Positions 1 to 11,920 of a stretch of 64,000 nt of DNA are shown here, piece by piece. Under the pieces are notes generated by a model. The model was not told where the DNA came from. It worked only from the letters and a program-made list of their open reading frames with translations, and ran no database searches. How positions within the stretch are numbered: position 1 is the first letter of the stretch; each line of letters begins with the position of its first letter. The stretch comes from Vicugna vicugna (lineage: Eukaryota), in contig MU058423.1 in NCBI GenBank assembly GCA_013265495.1, positions 571,061 through 635,060 on the forward strand, read 5' to 3'. The position numbers were made by a program, and so were the translations under genes.

Positions 1-539
1 GGGAGTGCAGAAATGTTGCAAAGGAAATGGCATCAGAGCCATGTCTTGAAGGAAGAGAAGTTTGCCGTGGTTCAATACATAGACAGACAGGCTGAGGCAA
101 ACATCCTTTCCCTGGGGAGTTTTGCTCCTCCAAATACAGCAATGGGTTTCTTCGTGGCTCCTGCCCAGGCACAGAGTTTGTTGGCTAGTCTGTTTCTTAG
201 GCAGGGTGAAGAATGGGAACATAGCAAGGGCATGAAGCAACAGGGAGATGATATAACCTAATAACCAAGTCTCTAGGTATTTTCCTCTCCTTGCTCCCAA
301 TTTGATCAAAGAGTTTTCCTAAAAGGAAGTGAGAGACTGAATCAACTTTTCCCATAGCACTTGGGAAATCAGGTTCAGCCCAGAGTGTAGCTTTTAGTCA
401 GACTCTCTGAACTAAATAAATCTAAATCATTTTCTCCCCATGCTATTCCATTCATAGAAAACCTGCCCACCGACAGCCTACAAAAGGCAATTCTAATTAT
501 CATGTGCTTCTACCTGTATAATATCTGATTGTTTTAATG

Positions 540-990
540 TAGACACCTGACCTTCACTGAGCTAGTAAATGGGTCTTTGCAGGGAATATAGAAGAGGGTA
601 CAGACTGAGACATTAACCTCTAGGAGCTAAGCTACAAAATTCCAGCAATAGAGTTGGGGGGGAGGGAGGAGCCACCATTTCAGGGCATTTGTGTTGGACC
701 ATGTAGAAATGGGTGAATGAGCACAGAAACTGGTCTGAGGAGAGAGAAAAATGAAGAAGATAACATAGAATAGTTGAAAGACGATTTAGGGTAGAAAGAG
801 GATAGAGGGAGAAAAACAGAACACGTTAACTTCCCATTTCCTGTAAAGCCCATTGCACCTTCCTTCCTTCCTTCCTTCCTTTCTCATTTCTGTTCTATGA
901 TATTCCCCAGGGTGCTTAAGATAAATTCCATTTTATCCAAGTTGGCTTTTGTGGACATCTCTTCCTTGTAACCAAAATGTCCCTGAAGGG
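540..990 (+). mobile_element. Ancient LTR-like relic (ERVL/MamGypsy class, family unresolved)
   Basis: The end 'taaattccattttatccaagttggcttttgtgg...ccttgtaaccaaaatgtccctga' resembles the poly(A)-signal/U5 tail of old ERVL-class LTRs. Start is uncertain. Confidence 0.3.
858..881. repeat. (CCTT)6 microsatellite
   Basis: Read directly from the sequence. Confidence 0.9.
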
Positions 991-2570
991 TTTCATTTAC
1001 TTAGTTTACCTCTTTAATTCTGTATGGTGACTGAAATAATTAGCTTGAACTGGCCCCATTTCCAGACCCTCTGTTGTCCTGGCTGTGAAGCAAGAATCCC
1101 CTTTGGGAGAAAGACCAGCTTATATGGGGACTGATATTTGGCTAATAATGATTCATGGCATCAGTTTGGAAATGTGATCTCGGTTACTACTGCTTGCTTT
1201 CTGCCCTCTTTACAAATGTCTGGTCTCACAATAGGCAGGAACTAGCGGCAGCTGGCACTGGGACTGCCTGTGGCTTTGAGGACTGTGACACTGTTTATTT
1301 CCCTGGCTGTAGCCCTGAGAGGGTGGCTGATTTCCTCAGAGGGTAACACCCGAATCTCACACTACAGTGCTGGAGAAGTCAGAGAGCAGTCACCTAACAT
1401 GAGGACAGAAATGCAGAAAATATGCTCAGTGTCCCCTGAGCCACATGTTAACTTTAATGCTCTCCAGCTCAGGTAGTTTCAATTAATTTGCACATTTTTA
1501 TTAAGCATCTACTGTGCATCAATGATCTCATCTTTCTTTTCCTCGTTTGCTCCTCTTCTGACTCCTTTTCCTTAATTTACATCCCAAGAACCTTTTCTTC
1601 TCCAATACTCCCTTGGGTTACTGACTCATTTCTCTGTTTTATTGCTGAACTTTCTCAAAGAGGCACCCACAGTTGCTATCTCTATTTCCTTAACCTTTCA
1701 CTAACTCCTTATCTCTGTGCCATCTATCTTCTGCTTTCCCCTTGATACAATTTGGTTCTCCGAATTTCCTGTATCTTCACCATACATGCTTCTTAAGTTA
1801 TTTGAAGTGGCTTTCGGTTCCTTGTAACTTAACAATTTCTAAGCCATTCTCGTTTCCTCAGTTCACCTCTCTGGCCTCTATACAAGGACTAGTATACTCT
1901 GTTTTTCCCTCAAGCAGCTAAGGGAATGGGGATTTCTCTGGTACAGACCAAGGGGACCTAGGAAAACCCAAATCTGGTCCTGCCTTAGCTACATATTTTC
2001 CTTTTGTGTCCTTGTGGTGGCTGCGCACATACAGCAAATGGGAAACCGTGAGCCAGTCTGTTACTGAATGGGTACCTCACCACAAGTAAAATTTTTTGGT
2101 AAAATTGGTTAGAACATGCAGCTTGGGCTCAAGTCCAGGGAGAATCTCTCTGCAGCTGGTTTTCAAGCTTAAGTAGGCGATGGCTCAGGGACTGCTCCTG
2201 AGACAAGAAGCAGAAGAGAGGGCCAGTCAATGGCCTGAAATCTGACCTGTGAGATCAACATTTGACTCATTCCCCACTGGGGCCTTGGAGAAGTTGCTCA
2301 GAGAAAAGGGTAGGGATGGCAATGGAGACCTCACTTCCCATAGAGTGACCAGAATGAATTACTTATAAAAGTTATTTTCCTCTAAGGTTCGTGTACATAT
2401 AAAATTAATAAAATTTGGCATTTACCACCTATTGATCATAGCCCATTTTTAATATGCATGCTAAGATATTTAACTCTCTATTTGCACCAGTAACTCTTGC
2501 CCCAAAGAATTATTCTCAAAGTAATTTGTTATATGATTGTTAGGTCATTTATTCACAAATTTGTTATATT

Positions 2571-2760
2571 ATTCATCCATTCAGCAAATGTTTATTGAGC
2601 CAGGCAATAGAGATAAAAAGTGAACCTGTAAGGCAATGCCCCTAGTCTAAGGAGTTCATAGTCCATGAGAAGGAGAAAGGGGTGGGAAACAATTCAGAAA
2701 CCAGTAAATGTCATGAGGTGTTGTGAGAAACAGTCTGAACAGCATCCAAGGAGAAAACAA
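2571..2760 (-). mobile_element. L2 LINE 3' end fragment
   Basis: 'attcatccattcagcaaatgtttattgagc' is the reverse complement of the L2 tail, followed by 'ctaaggagttcatagtcc'. Confidence 0.7.
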
Positions 2761-2919
2761 AGGAGGGGGGCTCTGGGCAGCTGAGTCCATTTCCTGGTTC
2801 CCCTTTTCATGTTTAGCTCTAGCCCAGGTAAGGCTCTTTTGACTTTGTCAATCAGAGAAAGCAAAGCCCTTTGGGCTGGGCACCCCAGACTTGGTTTTAA
2901 ACAAATATCCTCAGATACA

Positions 2920-3245
2920 GATCATTAGTGCTGGAAAAGTCCAAGAGGACATTTGGCCAGTCTCTTGAATTTTAGGAGTTGGAGGCCCAGAGGGGGAAGG
3001 CATTTGTCCAGTGTGACCAGCCAGCTGATATCACAGCAGGCCCAGAACAGAGCTGTGACCAAATCCTGCATTGTCTGTATTGGAGGGACCCTTAGAGATT
3101 TTCTAGTTCAACTGCCTCAGCTGTAGGATGAGGAAACAGACCCACCAGGGAAGGAAGTAGATTGGACCAAAGTTGCAGAGAGTCAAGGGCAGGGCCTGAA
3201 TCCTGGGGCTCTCAGCCCAGTGATCCCCCATTGATGCCCTGCCTC
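2920..3245 (-). mobile_element. Two tandem MIR/MIR3 SINE fragments
   Basis: Two MIR core-like segments: 'gaggcccagagggggaaggcatttgtcc' and 'gatgaggaaacagacccaccagggaagg'. Confidence 0.6.
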
Positions 3246-3635
3246 AGACATCCTTACACCCAGCTGGGGGTCCCCAGTCCCTTTCTGGAAGATGTGTCCC
3301 AGGGTCCCCAGGTCAAGAGAGGCTGTTCATAGGTCTCTGTTTAATAGTGTTTCCTGGCCTTGGTTTCCAGACTTCTCCTATCTCTAGCCTTTCCTGGGTG
3401 TGAACCCTGGATCAGTTCCTGGACCACTTCATTCTTCTCCTCTCTTCTCCAGTTATAAGCTTTCCATAGCTTCCTGCTTCTCTTGACATTGACTGGTTCA
3501 TCCTTGGTCTGATCTACTCTCTCTGGTCAGCTTCCCTGACCCCCTTGGCCATTCCTCTTCCAACCTCCACTCCTGGGACAGTTCCTGTGTGCCCAGTAGC
3601 TCTGTCTTCTTCAGACACATTCTCTAAGCTCCTGC

Positions 3636-4134
3636 CATGAACTCTTAACACAGAGCCTCTGGCTGTCTGGTCAAGCCTATGTACCCTTTCTCACAATAAT
3701 GCTTTCAAATACAGTCAGTAAAATAGAAAAATAAAAGGAAGACATTATTCTGAAAAACACTTACCCAAACATTAAAAAACAAATTTGTAATATAGCAATA
3801 TATGTGCAAATTTTTAGTCTGTGTGCTCAATAAAAATATCCAATGGTGAGTCCAATGACTTCTGTGATGTTGAAGTAGTGATAACTACAAATGATATTGC
3901 AAGATATCTGTAATCTTTGTAACATGTTATGAAAATATCTGTAATTTTTATTACTGACAGAAGTCACAGTTACTGCATATACTGCTGTAATTTGTTATCT
4001 ACATTCACAGTTGAAGAAAATGCTAAATTTCACTTAGAATTTAGTAATAATGAAGACATAATATTTTTCCCATCCAAATTCATAGACCTTGATGAGCCCC
4101 TTGGCCATTGCAGACTTCAGGTCAAGAAGTCCTA
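3636..4134. mobile_element. MER119 (hAT-Charlie non-autonomous DNA transposon)
   Basis: Matches recalled MER119 consensus along its length ('ctggtcaagcctatg..ccctttctcacaataatg', 'atgctaaatttcacttaga', 'tttttcccatccaaattca', 'caggtcaagaagtcct'). Confidence 0.8.
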
Positions 4135-4139
4135 TCTTA

Positions 4140-4869
4140 GATGGTCCCAGGGCTTGAAATGCTGTATCTGGGAAGATATTACCTATATTTATATCCCCAG
4201 ACCAGAATTTCTGTAGGGAAATCTCATAGGCATCAATGAAATTCAACATGTCAAAAAATAGATTTTTGGTTTTATCCCCCAAAATAGCTCCTCTTCATTT
4301 TTTCTCATCTCAGTAAATGTCACCTCAGTCCTCCTTAGTGCTAAAGCCCAAACCTTGACATTCATTCTTTAAAAAAATTTTTTTATTGAAGTGTAGTTGA
4401 CTTACAATGTTAGTTTCAGGTGTATAGCAAAGCACTTCAGTTATGTGCATACATACATATATAAAAATATTTTCAGATTCTTTTCCATTATATGTTATTA
4501 TAAGAAATTGAATATAGTTCCCTATGTGATATAGTAGGTCCTTGTTTTTTTTAAAATCTGTTTTATATATAGTAGTTTGTACCTGTTAATCCCCAACTCC
4601 TAATTTATCCCTCTCCTGCCTTTTCCCCTAACCATAGTTTGTTTCCTATGTTCATGAGTCTTTGTAAATTGGTTTGTAAGTAAGATTTGTATCATTTTTT
4701 TAAGATTCCACATATAAGTGATATCATATGATACTTGTCTTTGTTTAACTTACTTCACTTAATATGATAATCTGTAGGTCCACCCATGTTGCTGCAAATA
4801 GCATGATTTCATTCTTTTTTATGGCTGAATAATATTCCATTGTAATATATATGTATATGCATGTATATA

Positions 4870-4900
<31 letters not shown>

Positions 4901-6099
4901 CAGTATAAATCACAGCTTCTTTATCCATTCATCTGTTGGTGGGCATTTAGGTTGTTTCCATATCTTGGCAATTGTAATAGTGCTGCTGTGAACATAGGGG
5001 TGCATGTGCCTTTTTGAATTAGAATTTCCTCTGGATATACACCCAAGAGTGGGATCATATTGTAAGTCTATTTTTAGTTTTTATGGAACCTCCATACTGT
5101 CCTCCATAGTGGCTACACCAAATTACATTCCCACCAACAGTGTAGGAGTTCTGACAGTCATTCTTTACTCTTCCTTCTTTTTCACTTTTACTTCTGATTG
5201 ATAAATCATTCCATCATAAATTTATTCACCAAAATTTTCTCATCACTTACAATATGCCAAGCACTGTTACAAGCCTTGGGGATTCAGCAAAGTATAAGAC
5301 AAGTCCTTGCTGTTATGGACTTATGAGACATTGTTGTAAGACTTTGACAATAAGAAAATATAATATATATATGCCTCTAAATTACCTCCAAAATATTTCT
5401 CCAGTCTTACTGCTACTTTCCATATCCACAACCACCCCTTCAGTCTAAACCACTTAGACTCTTCGCTTGCAATTGTCTCCTAACTGCAGTCTCTGTAGCC
5501 AATCCCTATATCCAAAGATTGTTCTGCTCCAGTCTTTCTTCTAGGCAGCAGCCAGAGTGAGGGGAGGATCATGTGCCTCCAAGGCTGAAACCTTTCAGTG
5601 ACCTCCCACCACACTTGGAATAAACCCAGACTCCTTACCTGGAGGGCGCTGTGCGAGCACTGGGTACACTGTCCTCTCCTACGAATCCCTTGCCTACGCT
5701 CGGGCCTCACTGGCTGTGCAGCTCCTTCCAGGCATCAGTTTCCTGCCTTAGGACCTCTGCCTGCCTCTAGGCCTGGCTGACTTCTAATCACCCTTCAGAT
5801 CTTAACCTAGTTAACTTTTGTCTAAAATGCCATCTCCTCAGAGAGCCCTTTCTTCATCCTTCAATCTAAATTATGTCTCTCTCTTACTTTCCCTTAGAGG
5901 AACTTCTTTTCCTTTATATAAAGAGCTACTAGTTATAATTATTATTTTATACAATACTCAAGTGTCTATTTAATGTCTGTTTCTCCCACTACACTGCAAG
6001 TTCCAAGAAGTCAAGAATCTGGTCTCTTTTGCTCACCAGTGGTGTAACAGTTCCTGGCATGTTGTTAGTGCCCAACAAACGTGTAGCTGTTGAATGAAT
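4140..6099 (+). mobile_element. L2 LINE 3' portion, interrupted by an L1 (4371-5151) and an antisense L2 fragment (~5205-5370)
   Basis: L2 motifs 'aaattcaacatgtc', 'tctcagtaaatg', 'cccttcagatct', 'ctgtttctcccactac' and tail 'tgttgaatgaat'. Confidence 0.75.
4371..5151 (-). mobile_element. Young 5'-truncated L1 (camelid/cetartiodactyl type), ORF2 end plus 3'UTR
   Basis: T-rich tail then 'ttattgaagtgtagttgacttacaatg'. 15-bp TSD tgacattcattcttt (4356-4370) / tgacagtcattcttt (5152-5166). Internal (TG)n(TA)n at ~4861-4900. Confidence 0.9.
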
Positions 6100-6251
6100 T
6101 ATGAGTTACTACACCTTTCATCTCTGACATCTGCCCCCAAACTCATCACATATTCCAGGTTCATGCTTCTTCTTTTATGTGCAGGCATATTAAAATCTCT
6201 ATCTATACTTAAATTATTCCTAACTTAATCAGATACAGTTATTCTCAAACT

Positions 6252-6730
6252 CATCCATCCATTCATCCATTCATTCCTTTAACTATTATTTATTGAGCAC
6301 TTTCTAATTACAAGGCACAGTGCCAGACAGTATGTAAGATGAAAGGATGAATAAGACATGGTCCTTGTCCTTAAGACATTTACAACCTAGAAGAGGATTT
6401 AAGAAGTTATCCAGTAGTTACAGTGGGAAAATGGGGGCTATGTGCCACGATTAGCATGGTCAGCGGCGATGGAGGTGCAGAAGAGGTAGGTAATACTTCC
6501 AACTAGAGATTTCAGGAAAGCTTTCCTAGAGAAGGTGGTGTCTGAGTTGGGTCTTGAAGAGTGGGCAGGATGTAGACATCCAGGGGTGGCAGGGGAGGCT
6601 TTCTAGATGAAAAAAATAGAACAAACTGTACAAAAGCAGAAAACACAGGAATATAGTGGTATTGATGAGTGACCCACAACTTAGGTGACCTGCAGGGAAG
6701 TTATGGAAGGCAACATGGGGCAGGTGACAT
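6252..6730 (-). mobile_element. L2 LINE 3' fragment
   Basis: 'catccattcattcc...tttattgagcac', 'caggaaagctttcctagagaaggtggtgtctgagttgggtcttgaaga'. Confidence 0.8.
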
Positions 6731-7081
6731 TTTGTTCTTTATTTGATACCTACTGGGGTATCAGCAAAGATTCCTGGACCAAGGAATAAAATTAGAGTTA
6801 GGAGGGAACACTGGAAAGAACTAACTGCCTGTACGATTTTAAAGTAGGTTGATTTTTCTGATCCAACTAAGAGATCAACAAAACAGAAGGGCAGGAAGAG
6901 CTCATGGAAGAAAGATATCCATGTCATTGGAGTGGAAGGGGAAACTCTTGTGGAGGGAGTGGTACCTTCCTTTGGTTTCAAACTGAGACCCTGACTTTAT
7001 GGACATTAAAGGAGTGAAATGCAAAGTTATGACAGCTACTCTTGTCCTTGGACCGAGAGGCCACTAATTCCACAGCTGGGC

Positions 7082-7468
7082 TGTATTAGTTTGCTAGGGC
7101 TGCCATTAGAAATACCACAGATTGTGTGGTTTAAACAACAGAAATTTATTTCTCACAGTTCTGGAGGCTGGGAAGTCCAAGATGAAGGTGCCAACTGTTT
7201 TGGTTCTTGGTGATCTTCCTGGCTTGCAGACAGTGCCTTCTTGCTGTGTCCTGACATGACCATTCCTTGGTGTGTTCACATGAAAAGAGGGATCTCTCTC
7301 TCTCTTCTTATAAGCCCACCAACCCTATTAGATTAGGACCCCATTCTTTGACCTCATCTAACTTCAATTACCTTCTAAAAGTCCCATCTTTAAATAAAGT
7401 CACACTGGGGACTAGGGCTTTAATATACAGATTTGGGGTTAGGACCTAACATAGTTAGGTCCATAACA
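7082..7468 (-). mobile_element. MLT1 (MaLR) solo LTR, MLT1A-C type
   Basis: 'tgtattagtttgctagggctgcc...aacagaaatttatttctcacagttctggaggctgggaagtccaaga...ccataaca'. TG...CA ends; near 5-bp TSD tgggc/tgggg. Confidence 0.9.
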
Positions 7469-7523
7469 TGGGGCAAATCAGTCTCCACTCCCTTAGAATC
7501 AAAGACTGTGCAGGCCTCTAATT

Positions 7524-7701
7524 CAGGGGTTTCTAAGTTGTTTCAAGGAGCATCAGACATGCTAAGGAGCACATTCTTGGAGACTTCCTCAAGGGACAAA
7601 GTACAAGTTGACTCTACATGTTTTCTGTGTTAGGGCTTCACATAAGATTTCCTCCAAAGAAAGGATTATACTGTTAAAAAAAAAATACTACAAACCCCCT
7701 G
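7524..7701. mobile_element. hAT-Charlie MITE (MER102/Charlie4z-like)
   Basis: TIR-like ends caggggttt.../...aaaccccctg. 8-bp flanks ctctaatt/agctaatt. Internal 'gggcttcacataagattt'. Confidence 0.6.
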
Positions 7702-7719
7702 AGCTAATTTAATCAGTTA

Positions 7720-7860
7720 ATTTTACCAGAGGAACAGAGGATTCTGAGATTCAGAAAGATGATGAGACTTGCTCACAGTCACACAACACGGTGGCGACTC
7801 ATTAGTAGCCAGTGAGCAGAACTGGAATCCTGTGCATGGACTCCTAGCCCAGATTTTGCC
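7720..7860 (-). mobile_element. MIR fragment
   Basis: 'ctgagattcagaaag...gacttgctcacagtcacac...agaactggaatcc...gactcctagcccag'. Confidence 0.65.
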
Positions 7861-8614
7861 CATTATTTCTCTTAGATTCCTCCAGGCCCAGGAGAGGAGC
7901 CATGGATGCCCCCACTGTGGGCATGACTAATGGGGGCTCCTCCTGGTGTAGAGTGGTCACTTACTGAAGAGCTTGTCCAGCAGGGGAACTAGTGCCCGGG
8001 GACTTCAGCAGGACACTGGTCTTCTATCTGTTCTTCCTTCCCCTCTTGGTCTGCATGCCCAGACATGCATAATGAGATGACGGGAGTTGTGGACTATTAA
8101 ATAATTTTGGTGTTTTTCTTAAACAAGTGTGCCCAGAAAATTATGCCATAGATGTTACTCTACGTGCTGTCAGCCACTCAGAGGAATCAGAGGAATCTGG
8201 AGAGGGGAGAGAGAGATCCTCACTACACAGGGAGAGGTTGATATGCTGAGGGTTTTCCGATCAGCTCTAATCCTTTAAGGAGCTAAAGACACATAATGAA
8301 GACCAAGAACAGAGCTGTTGGGACAAAGGAAGAGCCTGTCTGGGGCTCCTTCTGAGTTCAGAATGTCAAGACTCGGGGTGCCAAAGTTATTTTTGAGGAA
8401 AAAATTAATTTTTTAAAATTTGATTTCCCTTCTTTCTAAAGGAGAGTGTGAGAGAGTGGCAGAGAGCTCCACATCTGGTCACCCCTGGTCCCTGAAGTAA
8501 GGGCTCCTTGACTTCCCCTCGTCCATGGAGACATATCAACCCAAGCTTCTCAGTGCTCTTCTGAGATAGTGTCCTTCCAGATGGTGAAATGCTTTCCTTT
8601 GGGCCATCTCCCTT

Positions 8615-8901
8615 TAATTACTCACTCATCATCCTTCAGGTCTCAGCTTGAACGATTTCTCTTCTCTACAGAGAGGCATTTCCTGACCACTCTGCCTCCC
8701 TCATTGTTATTCTCAACCTGACACTTTTCCTCTCCTTCCAAGCACTTAACCCAGGGTATAATTATATATTTATATATTTGACCTTTGCCTTTCCCAGACT
8801 CTAAGTTCCACTCAAGGGCTGTGGTAAACACCAGTGTATTATTGGTGCCTGAGATGTGTCTGGCACATCATCGGTACTCAGTGAATATTTACTGAATGAA
8901 T
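8615..8901 (+). mobile_element. L2 3' end
   Basis: 'catccttcaggtctcagctt', 'tctggcacat..tactcagtgaatatttactgaatgaat'. Confidence 0.8.
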
Positions 8902-9113
8902 CAGTGTGTTTTATTTCCACTAATATAGAAGTTGTGTTTTTTTTTTCTCACTTTGTTGAGGATCAGTTGCCTGTGTCATTTATGTTACATTCAATCATCT
9001 TGGTGGATGTGGATTTTCAGCTTAGAGCCAAGACATGAAGGGGTGTGAGAAATGATTTTAGTCTATAATTGGCCAATGAAAGATCAAATCTTGGAATGGA
9101 TTTCCTGTGACAA

Positions 9114-9860
9114 ATTCACTCACTTAATCTCTCAGCAAATGTTTATTGATCAAATACTATATTACATGCACTGTAAGAGTGCAAGGGATACAACATGAAT
9201 AACGTAGAAATGGTCTCTGTCTTCATAGAGCAGATAGAAAAAAGTCAACAAAAATCAGCGAGCTCTTGAGAGCATGAACAGTGTGATGAGCTAGGGTGGA
9301 GCAGACTTCATTGAGAGGGGGCCAAAGAATGCTGCTCTGTACCAGGACAAGGGGGATAAGAATGTACCAGCTGTGTAAAACACAGGCAGAGGAAGCAACA
9401 AATGCCAGAGCCTGAAGGTGGCAATGGCTTAGCTTGGTGGAGGGACAGAAAAGAGACAAGAATGGCCAGAGTAGAGTCAGCAATGAGGAGAATGGATGAA
9501 GATGAGAATGGCCACAGAGAGCTCTGAAACCATGATAACAAGTTTGGATTTTATTATAAGAGCAACAGGAGCCATGGGAAGATTTTAAACAGAGGAGTGA
9601 CATGATTTGGTTTATATTTTTGAAAGGGTGCTGGGTGGAGACTGGATTAAAGAAGGACAAGATGGAGCCAAAGAGACAAGTGTGTCCACTGCAGTAGTCA
9701 GAGAGAGAAGAGATAGGGGCTTGACCTTGGGTGATGGCAGTGGGAATGAAGAGAAGGGGACACTTGAGATTTATTGGAGGTAGAATTGACAGGTTTCAAT
9801 GATGGATTGAATGTAGAGTGTGAGGGAGAGGGAGAAATTGAGGATGACTTTAGTATGACA
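9114..9860 (-). mobile_element. L2 3' portion
   Basis: 'cagcaaatgtttattga', 'gagccatgggaagattttaaacagaggagtgacatgat', 'gaggtagaattgacagg'. Confidence 0.85.
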
Positions 9861-10459
9861 AATGACCCTTTCCTTGAAGTCATGCATCTTTTCAATTTGC
9901 TACTGACTTGACCCACCCTGCTTTCCATCATTATAAACCATTAAGACTTTCACTTTCCCTCCTCGGCATCACTTAGATTCCACATTTAGCAACTTAATTC
10001 AGTAATGTACAATCTGTATAGCTCATATCTTGAACTTCACAGCTCATTGAGCCTCTTTAAATGGTCTGTAACACATGTGAATTAAACATGGCAGGCAAAC
10101 TGAGAGAGACTCTTAAGTGGCGGACACCCCTACACTCTTAGCCAAGTGTTCTGAGCAGAATCCAGGTGGGGCTTATGACTACAAGGTGCTGCTGATGGCC
10201 TGTGTCTCAGCAAGTATTTTCAGGAAAAATGGAGAAAGTGTCTCAAGGAGAGAAGGATATAGGGAAATGAAGGCAGGAGAGAGAGACAAAGTCTGAAATA
10301 CCAGGGACTGGTAATCAAGCATCTTGACCAATTTTTGATAATGGGCTGGATGAGGTGGTTGGTGTTTTATAAGTCAGACTATGTATGTGTGTAGACACAG
10401 AGCCAAAGGGAAGGGAAAGAGGCAGCTGGGTGGGGAGAAATGAGATAAGGAATGGGAAT

Positions 10460-10710
10460 AACTGCAGCCACTATTTACTGAATTCTTATGTTTGTCTTGC
10501 GTTGTGCTAAACCCTTTAGGCAATATACACTATTTAACCCTCACAACGCCCCTGTGAAGATTGTCTCCATTTTACAGATGAGAAAACTGAGACTTAAGGA
10601 AGTTTAGGTAACTTGCTTAGAGGCAATCTGCTAATAACTGACAAAGCAAAGAATGAAACCCAGATTAGTGTGACCGCAAAGCCTGTGTGTTTAACTATAT
10701 TACACTGCCT
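10460..10710 (-). mobile_element. MIR SINE, near full length
   Basis: 'tttaaccctcacaac...ccattttacagatgagaaaactgagactta...aacttgc...gaaacccag'. Confidence 0.9.
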
Positions 10711-11379
10711 TCTTCAAACAGAAGGACTAGATGGAGGGCAGAAGTGGGGGCAGGTGGAGAGAGGAAGAAAGAGCCTAAGAGAACAAATGTACTTGATTTT
10801 GCAAAAAAGTATTTGAGTAAAATGAAGGAGAATCTAACCTGAAGGAAAAAAAAATAGATTAGTATACGGCATGAGAGTAGATCAAATCTTATGAAATTTC
10901 AGATGGATACGGTGGGTTAGCAGCCTCTCAGTCTATTTCCCTGCTGGCAGTAGGCTCATAACTTCTGTCTTTATTGCTATTTCTGCTCCCGGCCGTGAAA
11001 CTCTCTATCCTGAGATGAGCCAGTAGCCCCTGACACCTCTGACCCACCCTGGGAATGGAGGGGTTGTGGAGAAGAGCAGTGTGGGCGTTGATTCCTGAGT
11101 CAGGGAAATTCATGCTAGATGAAAGATCCTAAAGGACCAAAGCTGTGCTGTAATTAGCTGATATTTATAACTTGGCACAAAGCTACTCATGTTAGATATT
11201 CAATTTACCTGCTCTTGCTCCACATTTTCAAAGAAATTCGCCTAGCATCACTGTGGCTCCTGGAACCCAGAGCACATTCCAGGAAAAGGCTATTTCACTA
11301 CTCATAGAAGGAAGACTAGAAAAAGTGAAGACTCAAAACTTCATCTGTGTTCTGGGTTCACTGCTCTCAGTCTATCAGG

Positions 11380-11920
11380 AAATATTTACTGAGACCCAAC
11401 TAGATGGCAATGTGTTGCTTAGTCTCTATTAGTCTCTTGTGTGAGCCTTGGTACACTTGCTATTGCTGCAGTTTCCTGTGCTGGAGAGCACAGCCACACA
11501 CAGTGAACCCGACAGATACAGATCCTGTTGTCATGAGGCTTACGGAGTACTGGGTGGATAAACACTGAATGAAAATTACAGCTATGAAGGTGTACCACAG
11601 TACAGAAGAAATATAAGCATTCTGACATTCTGGCATCAGAAGACCTCAGTTTGTGCCGTTAAGTGGCTCTTTGATCATGGATAAGTAATTTTTAATCACA
11701 GTGAGCCTCAGTTTCCTCATCTGCAAAACAGAGACCATTCATTCATGCAATAAATGTCCACTGAATAGCTCCGGGAGCACTTTGGCTTGAGTGACAAGAG
11801 AAGGCATCGCTGCAGACAGTGTTTGAGCTGAGACTTGACTGATGTGAAGGCATCAGTCACATGGAGGTTGGCGGCGAGGGGGCAGGTATTCCAGATGAAG
11901 GGAATGTGCTTGCAAGGGCT
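11380..11920. mobile_element. Cluster: L2(-) fragment, MIR(+) at ~11600-11730, L2(-) fragment
   Basis: 'aaatatttactgagacc', MIR core 'gagcctcagtttcctcatctgcaaaa', 'cattcattcatgcaataaatg'. Confidence 0.6.

Noticed and set aside
6060..6300. Tail-to-tail L2 pair as a miR-28/151-type miRNA precursor (also 8900/9114)
   Set aside because: The tails are about 150-210 bp apart rather than joined, and no compact hairpin or known mature miRNA sequence is seen.
10872..10886. 15-mer gagagtagatcaaat also present inverted near 57224-57238
   Set aside because: A few 15-mer matches are expected by chance in a 64-kb self-comparison, and this one does not extend.
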